Shown here piece after piece: positions 1 to 10,933 of a stretch of 64,000 nt of DNA. The DNA lies in contig CBDCJO010000002.1 in the NCBI GenBank assembly GCA_965217865.1, forward strand, positions 288,001 through 352,000, in the 5' to 3' direction. The notes below the pieces were generated by a model that made no database searches, was not told the origin of the DNA, and was given only the letters and a program-made list of their open reading frames with translations. The DNA comes from Candidatus Latescibacterota bacterium (GTDB taxonomy: Bacteria > Latescibacterota > UBA2968 > SICM01). Made by a program: the position numbers and the translations under genes. Within the stretch, counting starts at the first letter, position 1. The number at the start of each line of letters is the position of its first letter.

Positions 1-602
1 TGGGGAATGTCCGCCAGCGTGAAAGGCGCGGTGGAATCAGGCCATGGGCAACAGTCCGGAGAGATATTGTCAATCACCTTCGAGACGATCAAGAAAGCGT
101 CGCTACCACGTTGGTGGACTACTATGGTCTTCCACAACGCGGCTCCGGAGCTTGGCCAGGACGCTCGGAAGCTTCGAGACGCGTCTTTCCGGAGAAGGCC
201 GGATCAGTGGAGAGGGCTTTATTGGCCGATGTTCGTAGCCACATGGACAATAACTTCGATCCACGGCGTTTCATTCCTTATGTGATGATGCATGAATTCG
301 AGGCGATGCTGTTCAGTGATTGTGAGCGGTTCAGTGCCAGCATTGGCCGTCCGGATCTTGCTCCGAGGTTTCAGGCCATTCGACGCTCATTCAACAGTCC
401 GGAGGAGATCGACGATTCATCGATCAACGCGCCCTCCAAGCGAATCGAAGCTCTGATAGGCGGGTATCAGAAACCGCTGCTAGGGACTATCGCCGTTTTG
501 GAGATCGGAATGAGACGAATCCGCAAGGAGTGTCCGCATTTTTCCGCTTGGCTGGATACCCTTGAGAACCTGTCGCGCGCGCGCCGAGACGGGTCGGCTT
601 GA
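1..602 (+). CDS. DUF4276 family protein, 5' part outside window
   Basis: Frame open from base 3 (GNVRQRERRGGIRPW...TTLVDYYGLP); motifs PYVMMHEFEAMLFSD, PEEIDD, PSKRI, IRKECPHF typical of DUF4276. Confidence 0.8.
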   Translation, partial: GNVRQRERRGGIRPWATVRRDIVNHLRDDQESVATTLVDYYGLPQRGSGAWPGRSEASRRVFPEKAGSVERALLADVRSHMDNNFDPRRFIPYVMMHEFEAMLFSDCERFSASIGRPDLAPRFQAIRRSFNSPEEIDDSSINAPSKRIEALIGGYQKPLLGTIAVLEIGMRRIRKECPHFSAWLDTLENLSRARRDGSA

Positions 603-804
603 CTCCGATGGCGTATTCGGATTGCGGATACGTTCGCCGACGGTGGCGGACGCTCTCGGGAAGGGCACCGGAAATCGCTCCCGATACGCGGTTTCCCTTG
701 TCTGGACCTTCACGTCGCCGAACCGGCGAATGCGGGACTACGCCACTAAGGCACTCACGCAGCTTCTTTCCGGGAGTCTGTCGGTGCGCCCAACACCACC
801 AGAT
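603..804 (+). pseudogene. Fragment of STAND/NACHT (Avs2-like) protein
   Basis: WTFTSPNRRMRDYATKALTQLL resembles the conserved W..TS.NR..RD.ATKAL segment of Avs2-like ATPases; cut by IS3. Confidence 0.45.
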
Positions 805-834
805 TGATATGACCCGGGAAAAGTGGACAGTGGA

Positions 835-1674
835 TTAAGCCGCTTTCTGCAGCGATAGCCGTTCAAAAAGGGCCGGGGGTACATAGTCCAGGTAAGCGTG
901 CAGCCGCTGATTGTTGTAAAACATTTCGATGTACTCGAAGAGTTCGCGCTCTGCATGATCGAGGTTGGTCAAGTCGACGTGATACAGCCATTCGGTCTTC
1001 AAGGTTTTGAAGAATGACTCGGAGACGGCGTTGTCCCAGCAATCAGCCTTCTTGCTCATGCTTTGAACAAACTGATGCGCGTCGACGGCCTTTCGGAAGC
1101 CATCGCAGCAATACTGAATACCTCGATCGGAATGAATCATCAGACCCGGTTGCGGTCTGCGTTGCCATACTGCACGTGACAGGGCCGTGAGTACCGTTTC
1201 GTGCGCCAGCGAGGTGCTGACGCACCAGCCAACCACGCGACGCGAAAACAGGTCAATAAATACAACCAGATACAGCCATCCCGATCGACTGGACAAATAC
1301 GTGATATCGCTGACCCACACTTCGTTGGGACGACCCGCGTCAAAGGCCCGGTTCAGCAAGTTCGGGGATGCCTTCAGGTCGTGCTTCGTATCCGTGGTTA
1401 CCACGAACTTCCGACGTACCTTTGACCGCAGGCCCTGACGACGCATCGAAAAGGCCACGCGGTTGCGCCTATACGGCTTTCCCTGTGCCGCCAGCGCACG
1501 GCTGATCTTCAGGCTCCCATACCGGCCACGGCTGGCCTCGCAGGCCGCTTTTACCAGGACATCCAGAAGAAGTCGTTCCTGCTCGCGCTCGCTCTCAGGG
1601 CGGGGAAACCAGCCATAGTAACCGCTTGTTGACACATCGAGCAACTTCGCCATCCTCTCCACCGAAAACTCCAA
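835..1674 (-). CDS. IS3 transposase OrfB (rve/DDE)
   Basis: WVSDITY, IHSDRGIQY, CWDNAVSESFFKTLKTE. Confidence 0.95.
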   Translation of the reverse strand: MEFSVERMAKLLDVSTSGYYGWFPRPESEREQERLLLDVLVKAACEASRGRYGSLKISRALAAQGKPYRRNRVAFSMRRQGLRSKVRRKFVVTTDTKHDLKASPNLLNRAFDAGRPNEVWVSDITYLSSRSGWLYLVVFIDLFSRRVVGWCVSTSLAHETVLTALSRAVWQRRPQPGLMIHSDRGIQYCCDGFRKAVDAHQFVQSMSKKADCWDNAVSESFFKTLKTEWLYHVDLTNLDHAERELFEYIEMFYNNQRLHAYLDYVPPALFERLSLQKAA

Positions 1675-1685
1675 GTGGTGGTCCT

Positions 1686-2012
1686 TTATGAACCTGAATC
1701 TGCTTTCGGTCCCTTTGAGAAGATGGCCACTACTTTTTTTAGGATGTCCCGTTCTTCCCGCGCGATGTCAAGCTCTCGAAGTAACCGGCGGTTCTCCTCC
1801 TCCAAAGGCTTCTGGTGACCTGTGCCCGGGAACGCATCAATCGGGTCTGCCTCCAGCTCATCACGCCAGCGCCGGATCGCCCCCTGGTATAATCCCAGGT
1901 CCCGTTCTATCTGCCGGTCCGTCTTTCCGCTGGTATCAGCCAGACGCACCGACTCTCTCTTGAACTCAGCATCATACCGCTTTCTCGGATGTGAAGTTCC
2001 TTGACCTTTCAT
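1686..2012 (-). CDS. IS3 transposase OrfA (HTH)
   Basis: RKRYDAEFKRESVRL...LEEENRRLLREL..ERDILKK; AGGAGG RBS before ATG at 2012. Confidence 0.9.
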   Translation of the reverse strand: MKGQGTSHPRKRYDAEFKRESVRLADTSGKTDRQIERDLGLYQGAIRRWRDELEADPIDAFPGTGHQKPLEEENRRLLRELDIAREERDILKKVVAIFSKGPKADSGS

Positions 2013-2078
2013 AGACACACCTCCTATACCTACAAAATATACTGCCTCTTGGTGTGTCCACAATCCCCAAACAGGTCA

Positions 2079-3653
2079 CCTGCGTCTCTTGGTGCGCAGC
2101 TCGCTCCATCCTGTACTTGTTACTCTCCTCCTTCTTGATCTCTTCCGTCACCCGCTTGAGCGTCTCCGTGATCGTCTGCTCGGTTAAGGCGTCCTCTTCG
2201 CCGAGCGTCAAGTTCATCAGTTCAGCTTGGGCCAACTGACTGCTTCGTAGGAGTTGGTGATCGCGCGCGGTGATCTTCCCTTGCTTCTCAAGCTTTTCAA
2301 TCTCGCTCAGGTACTTCTCAAATAGTCCCATCGATGGTTGAAGTGCCGCATAGGAGAACGCCAACAACTCTGTCATAGGGACGGCGGGGGCACCGAGTGG
2401 AGCCTTCAACCACGCCATGTTCGCCAGGCTGAAGTCCGTGATCACGCTCGATACCTCCCGCGACGCCTCGTGCCTCTGCCCATACTGAAATGCCGCCCGA
2501 GAGAACCCAGCATTGCTTGTGACAAGAGCAGCCTTCGACCGCTCGACAATTGCCGGTGACGTGCCCGCCCTGAGCACATAGATGCTGCGAACAGAGTTGA
2601 TGTCGTGTTCCTTAGCGCGAGGATTGAGATACGATACTTCGTCATCGAGCGCCTTTTCGAATGCCGTCTCGTCAATCTGACAACCCTCGATATACCGTGG
2701 AGTGCTGAGCACGTCGATCCGAGCATCTCTGAGCTTGTCGTCAATCTGGCCCGCCAAGACGAGCAAGTCCGATCTGGTCGTTCGGCGTCGGCGCGCGTCC
2801 ATCACGATGGCCCCACGTCCGTTCGGAGATTCGATATGTTGAGCAGCTCCCGTAATCACGCGCTCAAGTTCATCGCGCGAGTGTGAAAACGTCGCAACGG
2901 TGGCACCTAGTTCGAGAAGCAACGCGACCAAGCTGTTGACGGCCGCTTGCTTTGGTTCTCCTTCAAGTCCCAACTGCCGAACAAGAAGTGGCGTATCAAA
3001 ATAGAACGTTACACCCTTGTAGGACATTGGGGCGTTTTTGAGGTCTGGACAAAGAAAGCGTTTGCCAGCATGTGTCCCTTGACGACCACGAGGAAGCTCT
3101 CAAAGCGTTCTGGATCTGTGTTCTGTAAAGCTAGGACGTATTTGCTCACAAGAACGATCTGCGAGTGGTGTTGACCCTCGATGGTTGGAATTGACGTCCC
3201 ACGAACGTATGCGCGTAGGCACGGGATGTTGAACTGCGTGAGGAAGGCGCAGATTGCGGTCACGGCTTCATCGCGGCTCCCAATGGGCTTGGCGGTGCCC
3301 TTGGAGAACTCGCTAAGGCCTGATATCACGGCTTGGATGTGCCGGATGGCATCGGCCTTTTTGGTGGCAATGCAAGGGTCTGGCAGCTCCCCTGTGATCC
3401 GATAAACGCCGCTCTCCTTCTTCAACGGATATTGGCGCGATAGCCGCTTGAGCACGACCTGAACGGCGCGGTCAGGAATCTCCAGTCCGAAATCGGCCCT
3501 GATAAGATCCCGGACGATGGTGTCCGTTACCGGGTCCGGCGTGTGTACGACAAGTATCTGAAGAATGAAGGGCCGAAGATAGTCCAGGTAATCCTGCCCC
3601 TGGTCCACATGAACCTTCAGCATTGCCAAGCTTGTTAGAGTTTCAGCGGACAC
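2079..3653 (-). pseudogene. Putative PIN-like domain protein, frameshifted (~3030-3055) and 3'-truncated by IS3
   Basis: Overlapping ORFs 3009-3653 and 1972-3027 join into one protein; TFYFDTPLL, HDINSV and LVTSN fit a PIN-like pattern. Confidence 0.55.
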
Positions 3654-4095
3654 TTGGAGTTACCCCGATTTACCTGTGTCAGGCGATAGCGCTGGTTCCT
3701 GCTGCGTGGTTTGTCCGGAATGGTCATTTCGATCAGCCCGACGTGAAGGGCGGGTAAGAGATACGCCTTGCGAAAGTGCTCGTCATTCTTCAACCCAAGC
3801 GCCTTCCGGAGGTCTTGCCTGGTCATTTCGCCCGAGATCGCTTGTAGTAGTTGAACTTCCGTCGTGACGTGCTCCACCGAACGCACATCCGCTGTTCTTG
3901 CCCGCACATCGGGGCTGGGCCAAAAGGTGGCGGTGAAGAAGCCGTTGACCTCGAATTCGGGCTCGGGGCAGCCCTGCGCGCGAGTCTCGTTCCGGATGCG
4001 CCGAATGCCGGTGCCCGCCTTCTCTATGAAGTCGATGCGATGGAGCAGGTCGGCGATCAGCGCGTTCCGACGAACACTCTTGCTCCCAAGATCCG
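3635..4095 (-). pseudogene. C-terminal fragment of ATP-binding/regulator protein (HATPase_c_4-like plus C-terminal wHTH)
   Basis: SVRRNALIADLLHRIDFIEKAGTGIRRI and MTIPDKPRSRNQRYRLT; N-terminus missing. Confidence 0.7.
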
Positions 4096-4139
4096 ATAAA
4101 AGGTACGAGCGATCAGTGGGTTCCAGGGCCGACTCACCT

Positions 4140-5020
4140 CCCTGTAATTATAACCTAAGATGAGCGGTTCTTAGCGAAAAAAATAAGGGAATTCCTCTGT
4201 ACATGTGATGGATAAAGGCTTATAGTAAGTCAGAAGGTAGAAAGAAGACTTCACCCATCACGTGAAAGGAATTCCCATGGCTAAATATAGGTTTTCTTCG
4301 CCTCTGAGCAAAGTGGAAACGACGTCGGATACCCTGGAAAATCGTGGAGGATTGAGCATCTTCAGCAGGTATCTCGAACAGACGCGCATTTTCGATTTGC
4401 TTGAAGTGGCATTCGGTTCCCTGCGCAAGAGCAGCAAAGGGCTTGCTGTCTGGCATCTGTTCCATCAGTTGCACTGCTTTTTCGCCGACGGGACGAGCCG
4501 GCATCTGTCCTGCTTTGATCAGATCAAGGAAGATCCGGGCTACGCAGCGTCTATTCAGGTCGCTTCGGAGGAGATGGCGTCATCCCACACCGTCAAGCGG
4601 TTCTTCAGACTGTTCTCCTGGACGACAGGGAAGATCTTCCGGCGGATCCTCAAAGAACTGTTCGTGTGGCGTCTCCACTTCACTTCACACGACCCGCGGC
4701 GTCACGCCGACCTACAGGAAGAAGAAAGGCTTTCAGCCGATCCAGTTCACCTGGAAGGGCACGATCATTGACGCGGTGTTCCGCAGCGGCAAGTGGCACG
4801 GAATGACGAGGGGGACAGCCAAGGAGATGATCAAAGAGCTTGTGCATCTCATCCGAAGCCGCTATCGATCGGACGCCACGATCGTGCTCGAGATGGATGC
4901 CGGATTCTTCGACCAGATGTATTTCAAGCTGTGCGACGACCTGAACGCCGGCTTCGTGGCTTCAGGGAAAATGCATCCTGGCGTGAAAAAACACGTAGGC
5001 CAGACGGGAACACCGTGGAC
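4140..5020 (+). mobile_element. IS1380-family remnant, frameshifted and truncated transposase (ATG 4277)
   Basis: TSDTLENRGGLSIFSRYL, SSHTVKRFF, GVTPTYRKKKGFQP, VLEMDAGFFDQ. Confidence 0.75.
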
Positions 5021-5153
5021 GTCCTCCGGTGTGTTGCCGAGCCCATACTTGGCCGCCATACCGACTTCCATAGCGGCGAACGCGGTCGACACAGAATGTG
5101 GACCGGGATTCTGCGGTCATAGGGCCACTGAGCCTTCTAAAACCGGATTGAGG

Positions 5154-5477
5154 TTAAGCATAAGCCAGAACGGCTTCAATTATCTTTTTCGCTGCGCCCG
5201 GCGAAGGCGACAACTCTGTCAAAGCCTGAAAGATCCGCTGGTAAGTGGCAACGTCGGAACGCCGGACATTTCCGAGTGGCGGTCGGCCACGCCTAGGCCG
5301 GAAGTCCCTCAGTTTCGTATCCAGATTTTCCAACCGTGCGATGTCCTCCAGGGCCGAGGGACAACTGAGCATATGACCTGCAGGGATCGTGGTTGTCGTG
5401 CGAAGGAATTCCAGGGCATCCGCTTTGTTTCTCGTCAACAGCCCCATCTGTGCCTTTCCTGCTGACGGGAAACACAA
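5154..5477 (-). pseudogene. C-terminal fragment of unknown protein
   Basis: Protein-like 107 aa frame with no credible start. Confidence 0.35.
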
Positions 5478-5483
5478 AGAACC

Positions 5484-5900
5484 TCATATCGGCTTCACTT
5501 TATCGCCATTCACGACATCATCGAAAGGCTCTATCTCGCCAGGAATCGTAATCGTTTCCCGCTCACTCCCGAAGCTATACATAATCCCACGCCTAACCAC
5601 TTCCCGTCGCTCATTTGGGCCTTTGCGATCTGAAGACACCGTCGTTAAATTCTCCTGAACGTGGGTTGCAACGCCCGTGCCCCTAACAATCTCGAGCAGC
5701 CCCAAGTCTTGTCCTGTTTCTGGGTCCTTTATGGGATTTGTGTCCAGGTGGTACACCAAGAAGCGTTGTTCCTTCTGAATGCCATGCTTTGCACCTCGGT
5801 TGATGATAACCTTATGGTTGTCGATGACACGGACAACTGTGGCTGGAAAACTTACTGTGGCTGCTTTTGCTTCAGTCATCAAGGCCTCCACTCTCCCCAC
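5484..5900 (-). CDS. Hypothetical beta-barrel protein (FlgT C-terminal-like)
   Basis: VVRVIDNHKVIINRGAKHGIQKEQRFLVY...IKDPETGQDLG; overlaps upstream gene. Confidence 0.65.
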   Translation of the reverse strand: MGRVEALMTEAKAATVSFPATVVRVIDNHKVIINRGAKHGIQKEQRFLVYHLDTNPIKDPETGQDLGLLEIVRGTGVATHVQENLTTVSSDRKGPNERREVVRRGIMYSFGSERETITIPGEIEPFDDVVNGDKVKPI

Positions 5901-6459
5901 TATTCATGGCAAAGGCTGGATTCATGGCAAAGGCTGGCACGCTTGGTTTCACGATCAACCGTTGCAACGTGTCCGAGTTGTTCTCTTGCAGTTTGTCCAC
6001 AATAGCCTCCTGCCCTTTTGCTACTTGTTTCAATCCGACCTGAATTCTGAGGTCATCCTGAACATTCAGCACAAGCCCTATTCCGATCAAGACCTCGAAC
6101 TCCCCCGAATCCTTGAAATAGAACGAAACCACTACGCCGTGACTGAACAGCTCCGACTGCTCAAGAAGGCAAACGACATGGTAATCCTCGGAGGCACCGG
6201 TCCCTTTGCGCGAGAGAATGACACGAGGAAGTCGGCCTGAAAGTTCTTGGAGCGCCGAATAAGCCATGTGGGCAAGCGTGACCAGTATTGCGATACCAAA
6301 CATGTCAGTGACGATTACCATTCCGAGTGGCACTTGTATAGTCGGTGGGAAATACCAGGGTAAAAGAGCCAATGGCATGGACAAGATAGCGACCAGTGCC
6401 CCGTATGATCTCTGAGTGCTACACCAGAACCTTCTCCAGAATGACTGGTTCATGATCAT
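5872..6459 (-). CDS. Hypothetical membrane protein (2 N-terminal TM helices plus beta-rich domain)
   Basis: Two hydrophobic segments at aa ~20-65; ATGA overlap with upstream gene remnant; 18-bp tandem duplication near 3' end. Confidence 0.65.
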   Translation of the reverse strand: MIMNQSFWRRFWCSTQRSYGALVAILSMPLALLPWYFPPTIQVPLGMVIVTDMFGIAILVTLAHMAYSALQELSGRLPRVILSRKGTGASEDYHVVCLLEQSELFSHGVVVSFYFKDSGEFEVLIGIGLVLNVQDDLRIQVGLKQVAKGQEAIVDKLQENNSDTLQRLIVKPSVPAFAMNPAFAMNSGESGGLDD

Positions 6460-6587
6460 ATCGTGCGCTGCCGGGGTTCGGCGCCGCCATTCTTGCTCGG
6501 CCGATTCAACTCGAACCAGCGTTGAAAATCGTCGAACGCTTCAGAAACAGTCCAACTCCGTAATTCGAGTTCGTCGGCCAGCGCCTG

Positions 6588-6773
6588 TGGCCTGTTTGGG
6601 GATTGTGGACACACCAAGAGGTAGTATATTTTGTAGGTATAGGAGGTGTGTCTATGAAAGGTCAAGGAACTTCACATCCGGGAAAGCGGTATGATTCTGA
6701 GTTCAAGAGAGAGTCGGTGCGTCTGGCTGACACCAGTGGAAAGACGGACCGGCAGATAGAACGGAACCTGGGA
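6588..6773 (+). mobile_element. Truncated left end of the IS3 element at 805-2078
   Basis: Near-identical to reverse complement of ~1893-2078 (IR plus orfA start). Confidence 0.9.
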
Positions 6774-7180
6774 GCCCTGATTGTTGTGAGAATATACCAA
6801 TATAACAGGGAATGACAGGTCACACCAGTCTAAATTGAGGCAGGCTGGACAAAGGACACATCGGGAGGGAAGTGATGGCTGTGCCCCTTGTAGTCCGTGA
6901 ATTGGGTCACTTCGACGCCGGAACAGGCATCCTTAACGATTCGCATTTCCGGGGACATTTCAAAAGCAGGTCGACGGAGTGCTGGCCGCCAGGGAACTGA
7001 CCGACATGATACTCCTCGAATGACCCGGAGCACATTCCCACGTACGTGATGGCGTGTATTCATTCGGACGTGCCATGCTGCTTGCAGGAAGCGCATCGTC
7101 TCGAACTGGACGAGCGTGAACTCGGCATGGAACTTGTGCCCCTTCACGAAGGGAATCGCCAGCAGGGACCGGACCCACCG

Positions 7181-8315
7181 GGTCCGGCTTCCAGTGAATA
7201 CGTATCGGAGGACCTTCCTAAACGTCGAACCAGGCTGTTAAACAAGGCCGACGGGAAAAACAGAGAATCAGAGAATCCGGAGGAGATATCTCTGCTCAGC
7301 GGACGCAACCCCACGGTTGTGCTCGAACACCGGGGGGAACGCTTCGAAACAGAGAATCGGCAGAGAGGGGAAGGAGGTGGCACAAGTGTTTGTGAATACG
7401 GCAGAAACGACAGGACCCCGAAGGGTTGCCCCACGGGGTCTTGCGTTAACGGACGACCGCCTAAGTTGGCGGATGAGAATATGGCTCCCCATATGATCCT
7501 CTCCCCGGAACCATTCTCTGTTCGTCAGTGGTAACATGCTGTATTGAAAGGATATATCGTAATTACGCCCGCACCGTCGAGGCGGAAACCATGTCAAGAC
7601 GTCAAGACCGATTCCCGTTTTTCCAGTCATATCAGTCGTTTCTCCCACATTGAGACCGGCTCCCCAACTGCACCCTTTTCCTAACCGCTCACCCTCACGC
7701 CAGAGAGAGAAACCTCTTGTATTTGAGGAAGTTGTGGAACATGGACGCCTGGAGGGTGCGGGAAGCAGTCAACTTTTTGTCACTGGCTTCAGGTCGGCGT
7801 GACGGCCCTGGAGTTTTTGGAGATCCAGAAAAGGTCGGGGCGAAGCTCAATGTCTCGAACCTGGCCGTCATCCAACGGGCCGCGGCCGCTTCTGATCGCT
7901 TGGATCTGAAGCCTCCCTGGTTGACAGCTTCCGGCCAAACGGCTATATTACTGCATTCCGGGGGAGGGGGAGAGGGGATTTGATCGAAATTTGAGGAACA
8001 ACCCTGTGCAAAGTCTATTGCCCATGCACCGGAGCCCGCGATGCGGTGCCAGGACGAGAAGCGGGATGCCGTGCCGGTCACCCGCGATGACGAACGGCCG
8101 TTGCCGGATGCACGGGGGAACATCGCCCGGCGCACCGGCCGGTAACACGAACGCCTTCAAACACGGTCTTTTCACCGCCGCGGCGACCGCCGAGCGGCGG
8201 GAAGTGGCTGCGCTCATTCGTGGGATGAAGAGCCTTGTCGAGCAGGTCGACGGTCAAGACTGACCAGCCGTGCAGCCTGTTGGGGGGCAACTCCGGGGCC
8301 AGTTTGCCGCGGCCG
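7181..8315 (+). repeat. 1.1 kb module (long non-coding leader plus HGGxSTG gene), inverted copy at 53442-54598
   Basis: Collinear, highly similar sequence with scattered substitutions and indels. Confidence 0.9.
7991..8263 (+). CDS. HGGxSTG domain-containing protein
   Basis: RCGARTRSGMPCRSPAMTNGRCRMHGGTSPGAP.GNTNAFKHG. Confidence 0.85.
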   Translation: MRNNPVQSLLPMHRSPRCGARTRSGMPCRSPAMTNGRCRMHGGTSPGAPAGNTNAFKHGLFTAAATAERREVAALIRGMKSLVEQVDGQD

Positions 8316-8559
8316 GAGGGAGGCAGAGTTGCGCAAGCGTAGGGCAAATCAGCCGGACCCTGAAAGGAGTGTTTCATACCTCAAAGAATGTTGCGCCGGC
8401 GCGAAGTCGAAGCGTGAACCACCTGTTCCCGGCGAAAGACCTGAAAGGTCGGAAGCTGCGCCAAGCCAAGCCACGCCGGGTGCTGGTCCAACCTGCCGAC
8501 GGACTTCGAGGGCGTCTACCCCTGTTGCGACCCCGACGGGGAACGATTACGCGCGAACC

Positions 8560-8790
8560 TGTCGTTACCCTGCCGGTCTACCCGGCCGATCCCTGCCGAC
8601 GCAACGGCGAGGCGTGGGCGCATCGCATGCCCGGGCATCGCTTTCCGTACCGCGTCGAGACGCTGACCGGCGACGGACGGACGGTGCTGATCGTCGAAGG
8701 CGAAAAGTGCGCGGACGTGGCGGCCCGGGTTTTCAACCGTATCTGACGCTGGGCCTGGCTGGCGAAGGGGACCGGTGATCCTTCCCAACG
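8560..8790 (+). pseudogene. TOPRIM primase-like fragment
   Basis: PYRVETL...TVLIVEGEKCADVA followed by an in-frame stop. Confidence 0.5.
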
Positions 8791-8814
8791 AGTTGGAGAG
8801 AGTGATCGGCCCGG

Positions 8815-9837
8815 ATCGTGCGATGAACTTCTTGCGGAGTTTCCCGGCATCTGTAAGGGTGTTGGCGTAGGGGATCTGAACGAGCAACGCCCGAGCCTGG
8901 ACCTGTTGGCGCTTATGGATCTGGTTGACCACGTTGAGGACCTTGTGGTTCCAGCACCGCTGCTGCCGGGTCTGTGGCCAGACCTGATTGACCGCGGACC
9001 AGATTCCCATATTGCCGTCGGCGACGACGAGAGCAGGGGGGCTCAAGCCACGATCACGTAAGCCTCTGAGGACCTCCAGCCAGGACTCGGTAAACTCCCT
9101 GTATCCGGGCACCATGGCGAGAACCTCTTTGCGGCCGTCGCTCGTGGCCCCGATGACGATCAGCAGGCACGCCTTATCCTTCTCGAGCCCGGCCTTGACG
9201 TAGATGTCGTCGGCCCAGGCGTAGACCAACTCGCGATCATCCAGGCGTCGTTCCTGCCAGGTTTGGTAGTCGGTTTCCCATTGGCCGCGGAGTCGGGCAA
9301 TCGACGATGAAGACAACGGTGCCCCATCTCCGAGCAGACCCCGCAGGGCCAGCTCGAAGTCGCCTTGAGCCAGACCGTGCAGATAGAGCTCTGGCAGCAG
9401 TGCTCCCACCTCTTTTGTGCGACGCGCGAACAAAGGCAGGATCCGGCTCTCGAAGCGCTCCTTCAACCCACGAACACGGGGTCGCTTGATCTTTATCGTG
9501 CCACAGCAGGTCGACAATCGGCGCGGTTTCCCATAGCCGTTGCGATAACCGGGGGCCGCATCGACAACTCCTTTACGCTCATACCACCCTCGGCCGAGGA
9601 ACTGGGTCACTTCCTCCCCGGCAATCGACTGGATGCGAACCTCGATCTCATCTCGAATCCACCCTTCCAGGGCCTCCCAGGTAGGTATGGACAAAGGCGG
9701 TGCGTGTGATATATGTTTCTTCAAGGCCGATCCTCCTTCCCACCGGGGCCCAATGCCCGGAAGCGTGAATAGTGACTATCTCACGGGAAGTTGAGGGTCG
9801 CCTCCTCTCTTTTTTCACACCTTTCGAATGTAGCTCC
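8815..9837 (-). mobile_element. IS256-family element, 3'-truncated
   Basis: GYRNGYGKPR, YAWADDIYVK, VADGNMGIW, QRCWNHK; left IR GGAGCTACATTCGAAAGGTGTG at 9837. Confidence 0.9.
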
Positions 9838-9857
9838 AACAGCGGAAAGGATTACGT

Positions 9858-10878
9858 ATGGCCGTTCAGAAAATGGTAGCACTTTTCGATGAGTCTGGAA
9901 GGCCGGCTATAAAAGACGACGAGAGGACGGATTGGTTTTTGGGCGTCGGTGTAGGCTACGAGCAATCGGCGGAGAAGGCTATCTTTGCGGAGTGCGAAAG
10001 TGCTTCTGGGTTGGCGGAAAAGGAGCCTCTGAAAAACCACTGCATTACAAACTCCCGTGCGGTATGTATTGCAACAATCTTAGCAGACTTGCCCGCATGG
10101 ATCTCTGTTTCTCGCGTGAACACGGCAAATCCGACATATCGTAACGTGGTTGTTGATTACGAGGTTTTTGGTAACAAAATTAGGCAGTCGCGCCATTTCC
10201 CACGACGCCGCAAAGCCCACATTATCCATTCCCATGTACTTGACCACTGTCTATTTCATGAAAGTATTTGAACTTGGATACCCCTTCCTTTGGAAGGGGA
10301 GGAAAAGTTTAGCTTGCTGAGGGTAAGCTAAAAGGCTGTTTTGTCCGTACCGTAGTCGAAAAGGTAACTTCTAAAGTGATCAGAGGATATATTCGGTTTC
10401 ATCTTCAAGAGCAGAAAGGGCCCCTACAGTTGGATCTGTTTGGGGAGGGGAGTGGTTAATGCCCCGCCCTTTGGGCGGGGTGATTTACTTGATCACGCGC
10501 CCTTTTGAGACAGGTGAAGGCGACGCAGTCTTCTCGGTATTCATTGACAATTGGTCCATCCCTAAGAAAGACATTGATATTTACCTTAAGGAAAGGACTA
10601 CATTACTGCGCAAATCCATATCGTCACTCTGTGGCAAGTATGGCCTAAGTCAACCAGTTTCGATAGCACCTATTCAACTGCTTAAGGAGGATACCAGCAG
10701 GAAGAGGTTCGTCGATGTCGTTGCCAGTGTCGTCAGCAGGGCATACCTGAAGACGGACAACCGGAGATACTCGTGCGAAGCGGCGAATATTCTTATGGAA
10801 TGTGGAAAGGCGTTATTTCAAGACGCAACAAACTACTCCATAAATCTTATGCGAAAAACGATGAACCAGACGATCTGA
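9858..10878 (+). pseudogene. DUF3800-like protein interrupted by a mini-IS200
   Basis: LFDESG N-terminal motif and FVDVVASVV C-terminal motif; removing 10266-10491 or 10269-10488 restores one frame. Confidence 0.65.
10268..10490 (+). mobile_element. Non-autonomous IS200/IS605-family derivative (~220 bp)
   Basis: Subterminal hairpins CCCCTTCCtttGGAAGGGG and CCCCGCCCtttGGGCGGGG; TnpA C-terminal remnant GCFVRTVVEKVTSKVIRGYIRFH...QLDLF. Confidence 0.8.
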
Positions 10879-10933
10879 CCAACAAGCCCGCCGGACAAGA
10901 TGAATCCGTTGGATTGAGCGTCGTAGGCGATTC

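Larger units (their letters stand above)
805..2078 (-). mobile_element. IS3-family insertion sequence (complete)
   Basis: Imperfect terminal IRs TGATATGACCCGGGAAAAGTGGACA / TGACCTGTTTGGGGATTGTGGACA; orfA+orfB; AAAAAAAG slippery site ~1733-1740; no TSD visible. Confidence 0.93.

Noticed and set aside
4401-5465. 354-aa ORF as a real gene
   Set aside because: IS1380 fragment running into the antisense of unrelated fragments.
5902-5937. 18-bp tandem repeat (PAFAMN x2)
   Set aside because: Only two units; simple slippage.
8810-8820. GATC near several fragment seams, hinting at restriction-ligation
   Set aside because: GATC is frequent throughout and most seams are not mapped precisely enough; no enrichment test possible.
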